Virus record (IMG/VR): IMGVR_UViG_3300021431_004083
Coordinates: 1 to 64,000 of that record
DNA: 64,000 nucleotides
Direction: 5' to 3' (one strand)
Origin: a virus
Taxonomy: Duplodnaviria > Caudoviricetes
Numbering within the stretch: the stretch's first letter is position 1; every line of letters begins with the position of its first letter. Below the pieces are notes generated by a model. The model made no database searches, was not told the DNA's origin, and saw only the letters and a program-made list of their open reading frames with translations. Both the position numbers and the translations under genes were made by a program. Shown piece after piece: positions 1-10,076 of the stretch.

Positions 1-78
1 CAAAGAACGACCCGATCTGGCAATTTGCTGAATAGTAACATCAGCACTTACAAAAAGAAAAAAAATTATCACACGAAT

Positions 79-307
79 TTCAGTCAATCATATAGTTAAA
101 GTACGGTATAAAATAATCTCTGCTAAACAGTACCGTCAAATATCGGTACTCGCAAAGTGCAGAGAGCTCGTGGATAGTTGCGCAAGTCTGATACTGAACA
201 ATACTGTCAAACACCAGCGCTCACAAACTTCAGTCAATCATATAGTAAAAATGCAACACAAAACAATCTCTGCTAAATAGTATCGCCAAATGTCCGCACT
301 CATAAAG
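79..307. repeat. Imperfect direct repeat, two 79-bp units 150 bp apart (79-157 and 229-307), upstream of cas12a
   Basis: Both units begin TTCAGTCAATCATATAGT and contain AATCTCTGCTAAA; about 16 of 79 positions differ, mostly transitions (hand alignment). Confidence 0.9.
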
Positions 308-374
308 AAAACGCAAAGCGGAGCAAAGCAGAGTGTAAATGGTTAGGTATCAAAAAATAAAAAGGAGACAAAAA

Positions 375-3300
375 ATGTCAAACAAAACAAGCTCCATTAC
401 AACAACAAACAAGTTATCGTATACAGGTTTTCACAACAACGGAAAACAAAGCAAGACCTTGATGTTTGAATTAAAGCCTATCGGCCGAACCACCGAACAT
501 CTGGACAGAAAAGGTTATCTCGCCGATGACATCGACAGAGCCGAGAGCTACAAAACCTTCAAGGAAATCGCGGATAATTTCCACAAGAACCTCATCGAAG
601 AAAGCTTAGCGACCTTCACTTTCAGCGATACGTTGAAGGACTATTTCGACTTATGGCTTAGTCCTGTCCGCACAAACGAAGACACGCCGAAGCTCAGAAA
701 AATGGAAGCAAAGCTTCGAAAAGAATTATCCTCAGCGCTCAAGCAGCACCCGTCATTTGCTGCGACAAGCTCCGGTAAAAGGCTGATTGACGAAGCCTTA
801 TATCCCAACGCAAGTGATAAGGAACGTCAGTGTCTTGACCGCTTCAAAGGCAGAAGCTCATACCTTGACAGCTACACAGAGGTTCGTTCATTCATTTATA
901 CCGACCTCTGTAAGCACAACACGATTGCTTATCGTGTTGTCAATGAGAATCTCAAGATTTATCTTGAAAACATCCTCGCTTACGAAAAGCTCATGCAGAC
1001 AGCCGTAAACGGCAAACTCGAAACCGTAAAAGAAATGTTCCATGATTTGTATCCCACTTTTTCAATGGACATTTCCATCTTCTTTACAAGCTACGGCTTT
1101 GACTATTGTCTTTCCCAGAATGCCATCACACGATATAATATTCTGCTCGGCGGTTGGTCTGACGATAACGGTATCCACCACAAAGGTCTGAATAATTATA
1201 TCAACGAATATAACCAGACCGTTCCCAGAAACAAGCGTCTGCCGAAGCTCAACAAACTTCAGAAGATGATTCTGAGTGAAGAAAACTCCATGTCGTTCAT
1301 CATCGATAAGTTCGAAAACGACGTAGACCTTGCCAACGCCATCCGCTATTGGCTCAAGAACTGTCAATTTGATGCTCTCAACCTACTCATCTGGACACTC
1401 GATGTCCATTACAATCTCGATGAGATTCACTTCAAAAACGACAATCAGGGCAAGAACATCAGCGACCTGTCTCAGGCACTCTTCAAGAACCACCATGTAA
1501 TCCGTGACGCATGGGACTACGACTACGACATCGTAAACGCAAAAGCAAAATCCCGTCAAAAGCCGGAGCGTTACGCGGAAAAGAGAGACAAGGCGTTCAA
1601 GAAAATCAACAGCTTCTCTCTGTCGTATCTCGCGAACATTCTGTCGCAATACGACAATCAATACGCGAATTTCGTTGCGCAATTCAAGACACGAATCAGT
1701 GTGCATATCCAAAACGTACAGCAAATGATTGCTGATAAAACGCTTGACATGAGACTCGACCCGCTGATGCTTCTAAAATCCATCAGCAGCGACACGAAAC
1801 TTGTCGAAGACATCAAACGCGTACTCGACAGCCTCAAAGATATGCAGCGCATGCTCACACCTCTCCTCGGAGAAGGAACTGAGCCTAACAGAGATGCTAT
1901 GTTCTACTCTGATTTCGAACCGCTGATGAACTATGTCGACACACTGACGCCTTTATACAACAAAGTCCGCAATTATATCACAAAGAAACCGTACTCCACC
2001 AAAAAGACGTCTCTGTATTTCGGCGCGTCGAACTTCGGCTCAGGCTTTGACGTAACAAAGCTCCCTGTATCCCACACAATCATCATGAGGGATAAAGGAT
2101 GTTACTATCTTGCTGTTATCGACAACAACAAGCTGATTGATAAGCTCTACGACCACAACGATAATGACGGATACGAATATATGGTATACAAACAGATTCC
2201 GTCCCCCATCAAGTATTTCAGCCTGAAGAACATTCTGCCGCAAGACCCGCCGGATGATATCCGTCAGCTTCTCGAAGACAGAAAGAACGGGGCCAAATGG
2301 TCACATGACGATGAGACACGGTTCATTGACTACATCGTCAACGAATTCCTGCCCACCTATCCGCCTATTCACGACAAGAACGGTAATCCTTACTTCTCAT
2401 GGAAATTCAAGAACCCCGACGAATACGAATCTCTCAACGAGTTCTTCGACGACGTATCCAAACAGGCGTATCAGACATCGTTCCGTTTCGTCTCTCGTGA
2501 CTTCGTGGACGACGCCGTTGAAAACGGAGATATCTTTTTCTTCCAAATCTACAATCAGGATTTCTCGCCCGCAAGCCACGGCAAGCCTTCTCCGCACACA
2601 TTATGGTTCAGAGCGTTATTCTCCGACGTCAATCTGGAGACAAAGGATATTCGCCTCAAAGGCAACGCCACAGCGTACTTCCGTCCGGCAAGCATCTTCT
2701 ACACAGATGAAAAGTGGAGAAAAGGACATCATTACGAGCAACTCAAAAACAAGTTCAAGTTCCCTATCATCAAAGACAAAAGATATGCTCTCGACAAGTT
2801 CTTCTTCCATATCACCCTTGAAATCAACTGCAACGCAACTGTTGAAAAGTATTTCAACAACAGGGTGAACGAAGAAATCCGCAAAGCTGATAGATACAAC
2901 ATCCTTGCTATCAACAGAGGAGAGAGAAATCTCTTATACGCTGTTGTCATGGACCAGGATGGTACCATTCTCGAACAGAAATCGTTCAATATCATCAAAT
3001 CGGAGCTTCCCAACAAAACCGTCAAAGAAACAGACTATTGGAAAAAGCTCCATGCACGCGAGAAAGAGCGTGACACGGCTCGTAAAAGCTGGAAGTCTAT
3101 TGAGTGTATCAAAGACCTCAAGAAAGGATACTTATCCTACGTAGTCAAAACCATCACTGACATGATGTTTGAATACAACGCCGTGCTCGTTATGGAAAAT
3201 CTCGACATCGAGATGAAGCGCAGCCGACAGAAGATTGAAAAGAACGTTTACGCACAGTTCCAGAACGCAATCATCCAAAAGCTATCCATGTATGTCAACA

Positions 3301-4127
3301 AGGACATCGACCTGCACATCGCTCGTACCGCCCCCGGCGGCACGCTCAATCCGTACCAGTTAACGTATATCCCCGCAAGTCGTACCAAGACACCGAAACA
3401 AAACGGCTTTGTATTCTTCCTCAATCCGTGGAACATCACGGAAATCGACCCGACAACAGGCTTTGTCGACTTGTTCCAGACCTGTTTCAGAACGAAAAAC
3501 GAATATAAGGATTTCTTCGCGAAGTTCAAGGATATCCGCTACAACGAAGCACAGGGTTGGTTCGAGTTCGACACAGACTACACCTATTTCCGTGATAAGG
3601 AAAAAGCCGGTAAGAGAACCAGATGGAACATCTGCTCATACGGAACACGTCTGCGTCGTTTCCGTAATCCCGACAAGAACTACGCGGAAGACGCGATGAC
3701 AGTCTATCCGACACAGATGCTCAAAGACCTGTTCGACGAGTACAACATTCCTTACGCACCCGCCTCGGCAAAAAGTACCTCAATCAGTATCAAAGATGAC
3801 ATCATCCAAATCGACAAGCTTGATTTCTACAAGAAGCTGTTGTATATCTTAAAACTGATTGTCCAATTGCGAAACACGTCTCCTTCGTCCACTGAACAGG
3901 AAGACGATTATATCATCTCCCCTGTTATCAACGAAGATACGAACTGGTTCTATGACAGCCGTGACTACAATGAAGAAAGCCTTCTTCCCTGCAATACAGA
4001 CGCGAACGGCGCTTACAGCCTCGCTCTGAAATGCAACATGGTCATTGACCGTATCAAAAACACAATCCCCGGAGAACCCGTGGATATGTATATTTCCAAC
4101 GCAGACTGGCTTGACGCTCGACAATAA
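375..4127 (+). CDS. cas12a: Cas12a (Cpf1)-family protein, predicted DNase-dead (RuvC-I D->N)
   Basis: Cas12a motifs along the whole length: SKTLMFELKPIGRT, LYNKVRNYITKKPYS, FQIYNQDFS, IIKDKRY..DKFFFH, VMENL, IDPTTGF, QLRN, DANGAY. RuvC-I reads AINRGERNL instead of GIDRGERNL. RBS AAGGAG at 362-367 favours ATG 375 over 339. Confidence 0.95.
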   Translation: MSNKTSSITTTNKLSYTGFHNNGKQSKTLMFELKPIGRTTEHLDRKGYLADDIDRAESYKTFKEIADNFHKNLIEESLATFTFSDTLKDYFDLWLSPVRTNEDTPKLRKMEAKLRKELSSALKQHPSFAATSSGKRLIDEALYPNASDKERQCLDRFKGRSSYLDSYTEVRSFIYTDLCKHNTIAYRVVNENLKIYLENILAYEKLMQTAVNGKLETVKEMFHDLYPTFSMDISIFFTSYGFDYCLSQNAITRYNILLGGWSDDNGIHHKGLNNYINEYNQTVPRNKRLPKLNKLQKMILSEENSMSFIIDKFENDVDLANAIRYWLKNCQFDALNLLIWTLDVHYNLDEIHFKNDNQGKNISDLSQALFKNHHVIRDAWDYDYDIVNAKAKSRQKPERYAEKRDKAFKKINSFSLSYLANILSQYDNQYANFVAQFKTRISVHIQNVQQMIADKTLDMRLDPLMLLKSISSDTKLVEDIKRVLDSLKDMQRMLTPLLGEGTEPNRDAMFYSDFEPLMNYVDTLTPLYNKVRNYITKKPYSTKKTSLYFGASNFGSGFDVTKLPVSHTIIMRDKGCYYLAVIDNNKLIDKLYDHNDNDGYEYMVYKQIPSPIKYFSLKNILPQDPPDDIRQLLEDRKNGAKWSHDDETRFIDYIVNEFLPTYPPIHDKNGNPYFSWKFKNPDEYESLNEFFDDVSKQAYQTSFRFVSRDFVDDAVENGDIFFFQIYNQDFSPASHGKPSPHTLWFRALFSDVNLETKDIRLKGNATAYFRPASIFYTDEKWRKGHHYEQLKNKFKFPIIKDKRYALDKFFFHITLEINCNATVEKYFNNRVNEEIRKADRYNILAINRGERNLLYAVVMDQDGTILEQKSFNIIKSELPNKTVKETDYWKKLHAREKERDTARKSWKSIECIKDLKKGYLSYVVKTITDMMFEYNAVLVMENLDIEMKRSRQKIEKNVYAQFQNAIIQKLSMYVNKDIDLHIARTAPGGTLNPYQLTYIPASRTKTPKQNGFVFFLNPWNITEIDPTTGFVDLFQTCFRTKNEYKDFFAKFKDIRYNEAQGWFEFDTDYTYFRDKEKAGKRTRWNICSYGTRLRRFRNPDKNYAEDAMTVYPTQMLKDLFDEYNIPYAPASAKSTSISIKDDIIQIDKLDFYKKLLYILKLIVQLRNTSPSSTEQEDDYIISPVINEDTNWFYDSRDYNEESLLPCNTDANGAYSLALKCNMVIDRIKNTIPGEPVDMYISNADWLDARQ

Positions 4128-4248
4128 ATATTGTACAATGGGGATGCCGCATTCACGACATCCCCAAAAAAATGACAGAGTTGTATTAGTGTAAACCTAA
4201 AAAACGCTGCTACAAATATGTCAAATCCAAAAAAGAAAGGTGTTGTGA

Positions 4249-6345
4249 ATGTTACCCGACCTTTCAGCAAATGATATGCTGTTTATCAGAAAAAAGAAAA
4301 AAGGACCCGGAGATTGGGCTCGAATGGACCGTTTGTTAGACTACCTATTCACCAAACCAAAAAGGACAATGACAAAGCCCAACAACAGGTGCTTGCTTTT
4401 ATCTGTAAAGCTCGCGAAAATCATAAAAAGAGAACAGCAATTTTGTTGTCTGATGGCATTGTGTGAATATATGATAACGGACGCTTTCACCGATGGAAAA
4501 TTCATCACGAAAGAATACAAAGAAATCATAAAGCAGTTCCAAAATGACCACGCGAACTATGAAATAACACAAAAGGCAATCATACAGCGCTTCCAAGGTA
4601 TGAGAAACCATCTTCTCGAAAAATGGATAAAACTCATACGAATACTTAAACGTATCGAAAAGGAAGAAATGACAGAAGAATGGGAATATATCATCTCATA
4701 CCCGATACGAAGCACAAAAGCACATCTTGAAAAATTAGCCGATACGTTTCCTGTTCTTTTGATGGCTACGCCGCTGTATCTCATCCAAAAAGACATTCTG
4801 ACGCTTGATTTCTGTGACGACCTTCTAAACGCGACATCCCATCGCAACTGGGAGAATCTGAACGACAATGAAAAAAACTGCTTGACAAAAACAATACGTT
4901 CGCTGTATCAAAACACCGATTATGGCAACAACACCGACGTTCTCAAAAGCGAATCGGAAAAACAATACAGAATCATCTTCAATATGGAAAAGAGGAAACA
5001 GGAAGCACTGCAAAAAGAAAAGGCTGACTTTCTTGAAACCGTAAGAAAAGAAGATGAATACAACCGCCAATGTGCGGTCAAGACCATAAAGAGAGTAAAA
5101 GCGCTTCTCGACAAAGAGGAATCGAGCGTAAAACAAAGCCTGCAAATAGATGATGAAACGAAAGAATACATTATAAAAAACGATATCGAGAATATCTATA
5201 TATTGCTATTCGCTCAATTCAACACTGATACGCTTATCGTAAATTCTGTTGCGAAATATTATCCTCGAAGCAAAAAGGAAGTCCTGAGAAAATATTTCCC
5301 GATCAGCGTAAAACAGGCAAAAATCTTTTACTCAAAAGAGGAAGCACGACGTCATATTCAGGAAATACGGAACTGGGAATCAAGGCGTGATTACAAGATG
5401 TTCAGAATCATTACGATAGATACAATGTTTTTGCTCGCAGCAATGCAAAAGAGACATGACGAAAATAAACGCATGTTGGCAACCGTCTCCAATGCAAAAC
5501 AGATACCCATCTACATACCGTCGCCGATTCGCTATGACATAACAGGTCGCGTGCTGATACAAAACGAACATCTGAACAACGACATCACACAATCATGCAT
5601 TGCGTTGTCCGATTTGCTGAGCTTTTGTCCGACCAAACCGCGTCTCGTTGATATACGCCCTGTCTACACAACAGAAACCGTAAGACGAGACAAAAGCTTG
5701 AATACATATCAAATCCGAGATTATCTCCACAAAGACCAATACCTCTGTCGACTCCAAGAAGGTATATGGCATGTTGTTACATACAAACAAGCAATTTCAG
5801 ACGAAGTTGTACTCATCCAACTCGTTTCCGCCGACACACTGACCGAAACAAAATGGAACAGTTATTCTTACCATAACTCCATGCTCAAAATCGGAATAGT
5901 TGAAACAACAATGACCGACGAAAACTTCGTATATCATTACCATAGAGCGATAGACACGTCCGACAATTGGAGTTTATACATATGGTCAAACAGCATTGAC
6001 ACAGAGAACCCGAAAATCAATGCCATAGAATTGCGTTTAACGACACATCTGAAAGAAAAAACGTCCAGAAAAGATGAGTGCGAAGACGCAAAGAACGGGC
6101 TCACGAAAGCAAAGCTGTTGACGTATTATGATGATGATACCATACGCGAATATCAATGTCTCATAGATGAAGAAACCCAAAAGGTTCACAAAATAAGCAA
6201 AAAACAACAATGTATCTATGAAGGCTATGAGAAAAGCCATGATATCAAAAAAGAAATCATCATACTAAACGGAAAAGACTGTTATGTGGTCGCAAAGCGA
6301 CCTGAAACGCAGGAAAAATACTATTTTCCGGCTCAAAACACCTAA
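4249..6345 (+). CDS. Hypothetical protein, 698 aa
   Basis: Long ORF with RBS-like GAAAGGTG, followed by a hairpin at about 6354-6383; no recognised motif. Confidence 0.75.
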   Translation: MLPDLSANDMLFIRKKKKGPGDWARMDRLLDYLFTKPKRTMTKPNNRCLLLSVKLAKIIKREQQFCCLMALCEYMITDAFTDGKFITKEYKEIIKQFQNDHANYEITQKAIIQRFQGMRNHLLEKWIKLIRILKRIEKEEMTEEWEYIISYPIRSTKAHLEKLADTFPVLLMATPLYLIQKDILTLDFCDDLLNATSHRNWENLNDNEKNCLTKTIRSLYQNTDYGNNTDVLKSESEKQYRIIFNMEKRKQEALQKEKADFLETVRKEDEYNRQCAVKTIKRVKALLDKEESSVKQSLQIDDETKEYIIKNDIENIYILLFAQFNTDTLIVNSVAKYYPRSKKEVLRKYFPISVKQAKIFYSKEEARRHIQEIRNWESRRDYKMFRIITIDTMFLLAAMQKRHDENKRMLATVSNAKQIPIYIPSPIRYDITGRVLIQNEHLNNDITQSCIALSDLLSFCPTKPRLVDIRPVYTTETVRRDKSLNTYQIRDYLHKDQYLCRLQEGIWHVVTYKQAISDEVVLIQLVSADTLTETKWNSYSYHNSMLKIGIVETTMTDENFVYHYHRAIDTSDNWSLYIWSNSIDTENPKINAIELRLTTHLKEKTSRKDECEDAKNGLTKAKLLTYYDDDTIREYQCLIDEETQKVHKISKKQQCIYEGYEKSHDIKKEIIILNGKDCYVVAKRPETQEKYYFPAQNT

Positions 6346-6443
6346 AAATATAAGTTGAGATGCCGTTTATCACGGCGTCTCAACACACTCGGCAATTTCG
6401 AACAAAAATCATACCATTATATCAAAATAGAGGAGGCTAAATC

Positions 6444-6893
6444 TTGAGTGAAACAAAATACGGAACAAGCATTTCACGCTGTACAAAACTCAGGCTTGAC
6501 GTACTCAAATACTGCGAAAGTGTTAATTTCCATCCTGACGAAAACACACTGAAAATCCTATCCAAATACGGTGATATTATCATAGGAGAAAATCACATTC
6601 TCGGATTTGACAGTCCCGTTAACTCAAACAATGCAGAAACACCCATGATTATTCAAGTCACGAAGTACGAGCAATCACACGGTCTCCCTGAAGGCTACCT
6701 TGTCATACAACGATTTGCCATAGGAAAACACAGACCGTACAAACTCCTCGTAATGGACAAATATGGAATTTTGTATCAATGTCAGCTTAACCGTGGATTA
6801 ATAAAGCCGAATTCGATAAAACCGCTCGGTGCACCGTTTGCCGGATACATTGTCAAATTATTCGCGGAATGGACATACAAACATTTTATCTAA
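6444..6893 (+). CDS. Hypothetical protein
   Basis: GAGGAGG RBS before a TTG start. Confidence 0.7.
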   Translation: MSETKYGTSISRCTKLRLDVLKYCESVNFHPDENTLKILSKYGDIIIGENHILGFDSPVNSNNAETPMIIQVTKYEQSHGLPEGYLVIQRFAIGKHRPYKLLVMDKYGILYQCQLNRGLIKPNSIKPLGAPFAGYIVKLFAEWTYKHFI

Positions 6894-6902
6894 GGAGAGA
6901 AA

Positions 6903-7208
6903 ATGAAAAAGCCTCGACCGAGAAAAGTATCCTATACTCATGTGCAAAACATATCTATGACATCTCGCCAATTTGAGGATTTCATGAACACCATTCTCAA
7001 AGACGAATCATACTACACGACATACAGAATGAGAAAAGAGCCGAGCGCAACGCAATGGTTCTCAAGCAACTCATACGATACGAGCGACACAATGGCCAAC
7101 GTCGCTCACAAATGCTGGACAGACAAAATCGGGCGATATCTGAAAGAACACGGCTTTCCGCCTGACGTCGTTAAAATCGAGCATGTATATATCGAACTGA
7201 CAGACTAA
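6903..7208 (+). CDS. Hypothetical protein
   Basis: AAGGAG RBS; tightly packed with neighbours. Confidence 0.7.
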   Translation: MKKPRPRKVSYTHVQNISMTSRQFEDFMNTILKDESYYTTYRMRKEPSATQWFSSNSYDTSDTMANVAHKCWTDKIGRYLKEHGFPPDVVKIEHVYIELTD

Positions 7209-7219
7209 CGGAGGAAGAA

Positions 7220-7681
7220 ATGAAAACATCACCGAACACTGACAACCAAAACGACATCTCAAATATCCCCGCATCCGCTCTCGACATTGAGACAATCACA
7301 GAAAAAAGCATCATCCGTTTATCAACCGAAAACGGTGTCAAATATATCAAATTCCTCGGCTACGGTTATCGTACCGATGAAGACGGTGACAAACCTTACC
7401 GTTTCGTAGAATACAGCTTCTTTGAGGTTCCTATCAGAACAGTACTCCCCGACATTTACGGATACGAAAATGAAGAGAGTAGTGACTATAAACAGTACAT
7501 CAGTGAATGTACTGCTGAAGAAATGCTCAAAACCTACTGCGAATATGATAACGGAAAAGCTCCTACGCTCATCAATGTCAACGCCGTCAACGAAAATACA
7601 CCCGATGGGTGTTATATCCTGCTTTTAAGCTCAACTATCGAACGAATCCTGCAAAATGAAAGGAACAGCCATGCTGATTGA
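7220..7681 (+). CDS. Hypothetical protein
   Basis: GGAGG RBS; operon packing. Confidence 0.7.
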   Translation: MKTSPNTDNQNDISNIPASALDIETITEKSIIRLSTENGVKYIKFLGYGYRTDEDGDKPYRFVEYSFFEVPIRTVLPDIYGYENEESSDYKQYISECTAEEMLKTYCEYDNGKAPTLINVNAVNENTPDGCYILLLSSTIERILQNERNSHAD

Positions 7682-8294
7682 GTTTAAACTGTTCGACGCT
7701 GCTGAACGAAAAGAGTTCCACGAACTTGTAAAAACAAGCATTGACAAATTCAACTCGCTCGGTATAGTCAAACAAAATATATATGACTTACAATCATACA
7801 CGAGAAAAGCCATAGAAACCGAAGCTGATTCTATTGGTTCTATGTATCCAAACATTCCACGCAGCACCATCATAGATTTCATCATTTTTGCCCGTTTCAT
7901 CTTCGGCTACGTATATGACACAGACCAAAAAGTCCATATATCACCTATGTATATCAATACAAGCACAATCGGACACTATGCTGTAGCGTTCGACGTCAAT
8001 AAACAATTGACAATATATGAGATATATAAGCGCATCGGACCGTTTCACAAATTTGCTTGTGGCGGATGGTCTGATATCGTGATTGATAGCAACAACATGC
8101 AACGTGTTGTATTCAACAAGAAAAACAACACTTTTACAATATGCGCGTTAAAAGCAGAAGACGCCGTGAAAGCGTTGCAGCGTTTGCTGTTGACAGAAGA
8201 AACAAAAGTAGCAAACGCATTGACAACAGACGACAATCACCTCTACCCTGTAGAAGAAAAGATTGCCGTATTAACAGGCAAAAGCCTCAACTAA
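7656..8294 (+). CDS. Hypothetical protein (start may be 7671)
   Basis: ORF overlapping the previous stop; AAAGGA precedes ATG 7671. Confidence 0.7.
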   Translation: MKGTAMLIEFKLFDAAERKEFHELVKTSIDKFNSLGIVKQNIYDLQSYTRKAIETEADSIGSMYPNIPRSTIIDFIIFARFIFGYVYDTDQKVHISPMYINTSTIGHYAVAFDVNKQLTIYEIYKRIGPFHKFACGGWSDIVIDSNNMQRVVFNKKNNTFTICALKAEDAVKALQRLLLTEETKVANALTTDDNHLYPVEEKIAVLTGKSLN

Positions 8295-8340
8295 AAAAAA
8301 AACCGAAGACGCTTTGAAAAGCTGTCTCCGGCTAACAAAA

Positions 8341-8490
8341 TCAGTGAAGAAGAACCAAAGGCTTCTTTGCTGATTTACCTTGATTACTGACAATGCGACC
8401 TGTACGGTACATCAAGGCTATTTTCTCATTTCGACGCTCAGTCTGGTCATGGGAATCAGGCTGACGTCGATTTGACGCAGAATTATACAT
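8341..8490 (-). CDS. Small 49-aa basic protein, opposite to its neighbours
   Basis: Strong RBS AAAGAGAGGTG before ATG (MYNSASNRRQPD...); stop lies next to a hairpin at about 8300-8335. Confidence 0.5.
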   Translation of the reverse strand: MYNSASNRRQPDSHDQTERRNEKIALMYRTGRIVSNQGKSAKKPLVLLH

Positions 8491-8577
8491 AACAAAACAC
8501 ACCTCTCTTTCACAATCCACGCATAATAAAAAAGATAACATAAAAATAAAAAGAAGTCAATAAAAAGGACGTTTAAT

Positions 8578-9348
8578 ATGAATAATACTTTTGACAAAAA
8601 CGAAGTCTTAAACAAACTTTACGAAAAAGCCAAAAACATCGGAGCCGAACTGAAAATCAACAACCCCGAAAAGCTTCACACCAACAGACGCGATGTTCTC
8701 TGGTATGGCGGAGAAGTCGCCCGTGTAAATTACAAGGGCTATTCTTTCATACTCAACGCGGAAGGAAATGTCGTCGCCAATTTATCAAGTATAGGGGAAA
8801 CAGCTGATACAGATATCTATGAACGTGTCAGTGATACAGATAACAGAGGTGAATTCTTCGATATCATGTCCCCTCATATCGATAATGACACAACATTACG
8901 GTCATTACAAGAAGGCGGCACCTTACACATTCCCGTGGAAAATCCGCTCACGGGACAAATCGAAGCGAGGCCCTATGAGCTTGTCATTATCAACAATAAC
9001 TGGTGGGAAATCGAAGTCCTCGATTCAAAAGGACGCTTCTACAATCCTGAATGGATTTGCGAAACCGATAGTTGGGATGACGCAATCGAAGAGCTCATCG
9101 ACGGAGTTGCCGATCTCACCGAACAACTCGAAAAGAAACAAAATGCAAAAATCCTTTGCAAAAACATCATATGGGACATCGAAGACGACGATACCAATAT
9201 CGACAGTCTTCCTGACAGTGTAACCATCGTCAACCCTACACAGGATATGCTCGATGACGTCAAATACGGAAACGATACAATCGTCAACTACCTTTCTGAC
9301 AAATACGGTTATTGTATAAAAGGCTTCAAACCGGAAATCATTGACTGA
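8578..9348 (+). CDS. Hypothetical acidic protein
   Basis: AAAGGA RBS; 256-aa ORF. Confidence 0.75.
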   Translation: MNNTFDKNEVLNKLYEKAKNIGAELKINNPEKLHTNRRDVLWYGGEVARVNYKGYSFILNAEGNVVANLSSIGETADTDIYERVSDTDNRGEFFDIMSPHIDNDTTLRSLQEGGTLHIPVENPLTGQIEARPYELVIINNNWWEIEVLDSKGRFYNPEWICETDSWDDAIEELIDGVADLTEQLEKKQNAKILCKNIIWDIEDDDTNIDSLPDSVTIVNPTQDMLDDVKYGNDTIVNYLSDKYGYCIKGFKPEIID

Positions 9349-9369
9349 CCTTGATTAAAGGAGAAAAAA

Positions 9370-9933
9370 ATGAAAATCATATGCACTAACATCAAATGGA
9401 AACTGCACGGCAACAATATGCCCGAAACCGTCAAAATATTAGGCGTGCCTGACGATGTTATCATCGGCGACGATAAAGTTCTTGAAAAAGACAGCCTTGC
9501 CAATCATCTCGCAAAAGAATATAATAACATCGTGAAATCATTTGATTATCAATTAATCGAATACACCACCATCGTATATGATACGACAGGGACACCCACG
9601 CCGACCGAAATCTCGATTGATAGCAATCATACGATTTTTATCAACCAAAACGGTCATACAATCACCCTCTCCAAAGAAGGCGTCAATGTTGTTGAAAGAC
9701 TGTCAAACAAGCTCTACTATAAAGAAGACGTCACCAACTACTTCAAAGAGCGTGAATCGATATACGACATCGAAAGACTAAACAAAGACGTCACATTGCT
9801 TGACGACATTCTCAATGCCTACACGGCAAACCGCGAAAACGCTGATTTCGGCGATATTGCAATGTCATGGACAGAATGCCTACAAAATGCCGTAAACCAG
9901 TTCGAAAAAGAACTCAGTGCTTATAAATTATAA
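9370..9933 (+). CDS. Hypothetical protein
   Basis: AAGGAG RBS; N-terminus (IICTNIKW..P.TV.I) resembles the C-terminal module of the preceding ORF. Confidence 0.7.
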   Translation: MKIICTNIKWKLHGNNMPETVKILGVPDDVIIGDDKVLEKDSLANHLAKEYNNIVKSFDYQLIEYTTIVYDTTGTPTPTEISIDSNHTIFINQNGHTITLSKEGVNVVERLSNKLYYKEDVTNYFKERESIYDIERLNKDVTLLDDILNAYTANRENADFGDIAMSWTECLQNAVNQFEKELSAYKL

Positions 9934-10076
9934 AATACAGAATATCAGCTGTGAGGCTACACTCACGGCTGATATTCAGGAGAGTTGAATTCTTAGAAAA
10001 TTAAACAAAATTATTTTTTTTTTAACGACGTTCCGTGGGACAACCACTCCACGGAAGAAAGGAAAAGAAATAACCC

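Noticed and set aside
1-6400. Canonical type V-A CRISPR array or adaptation genes
   Set aside because: No regularly spaced identical repeats or AATTTCTAC...GTAGAT seen by eye, and no cas1/2/4 ORFs. An array could lie outside the window.
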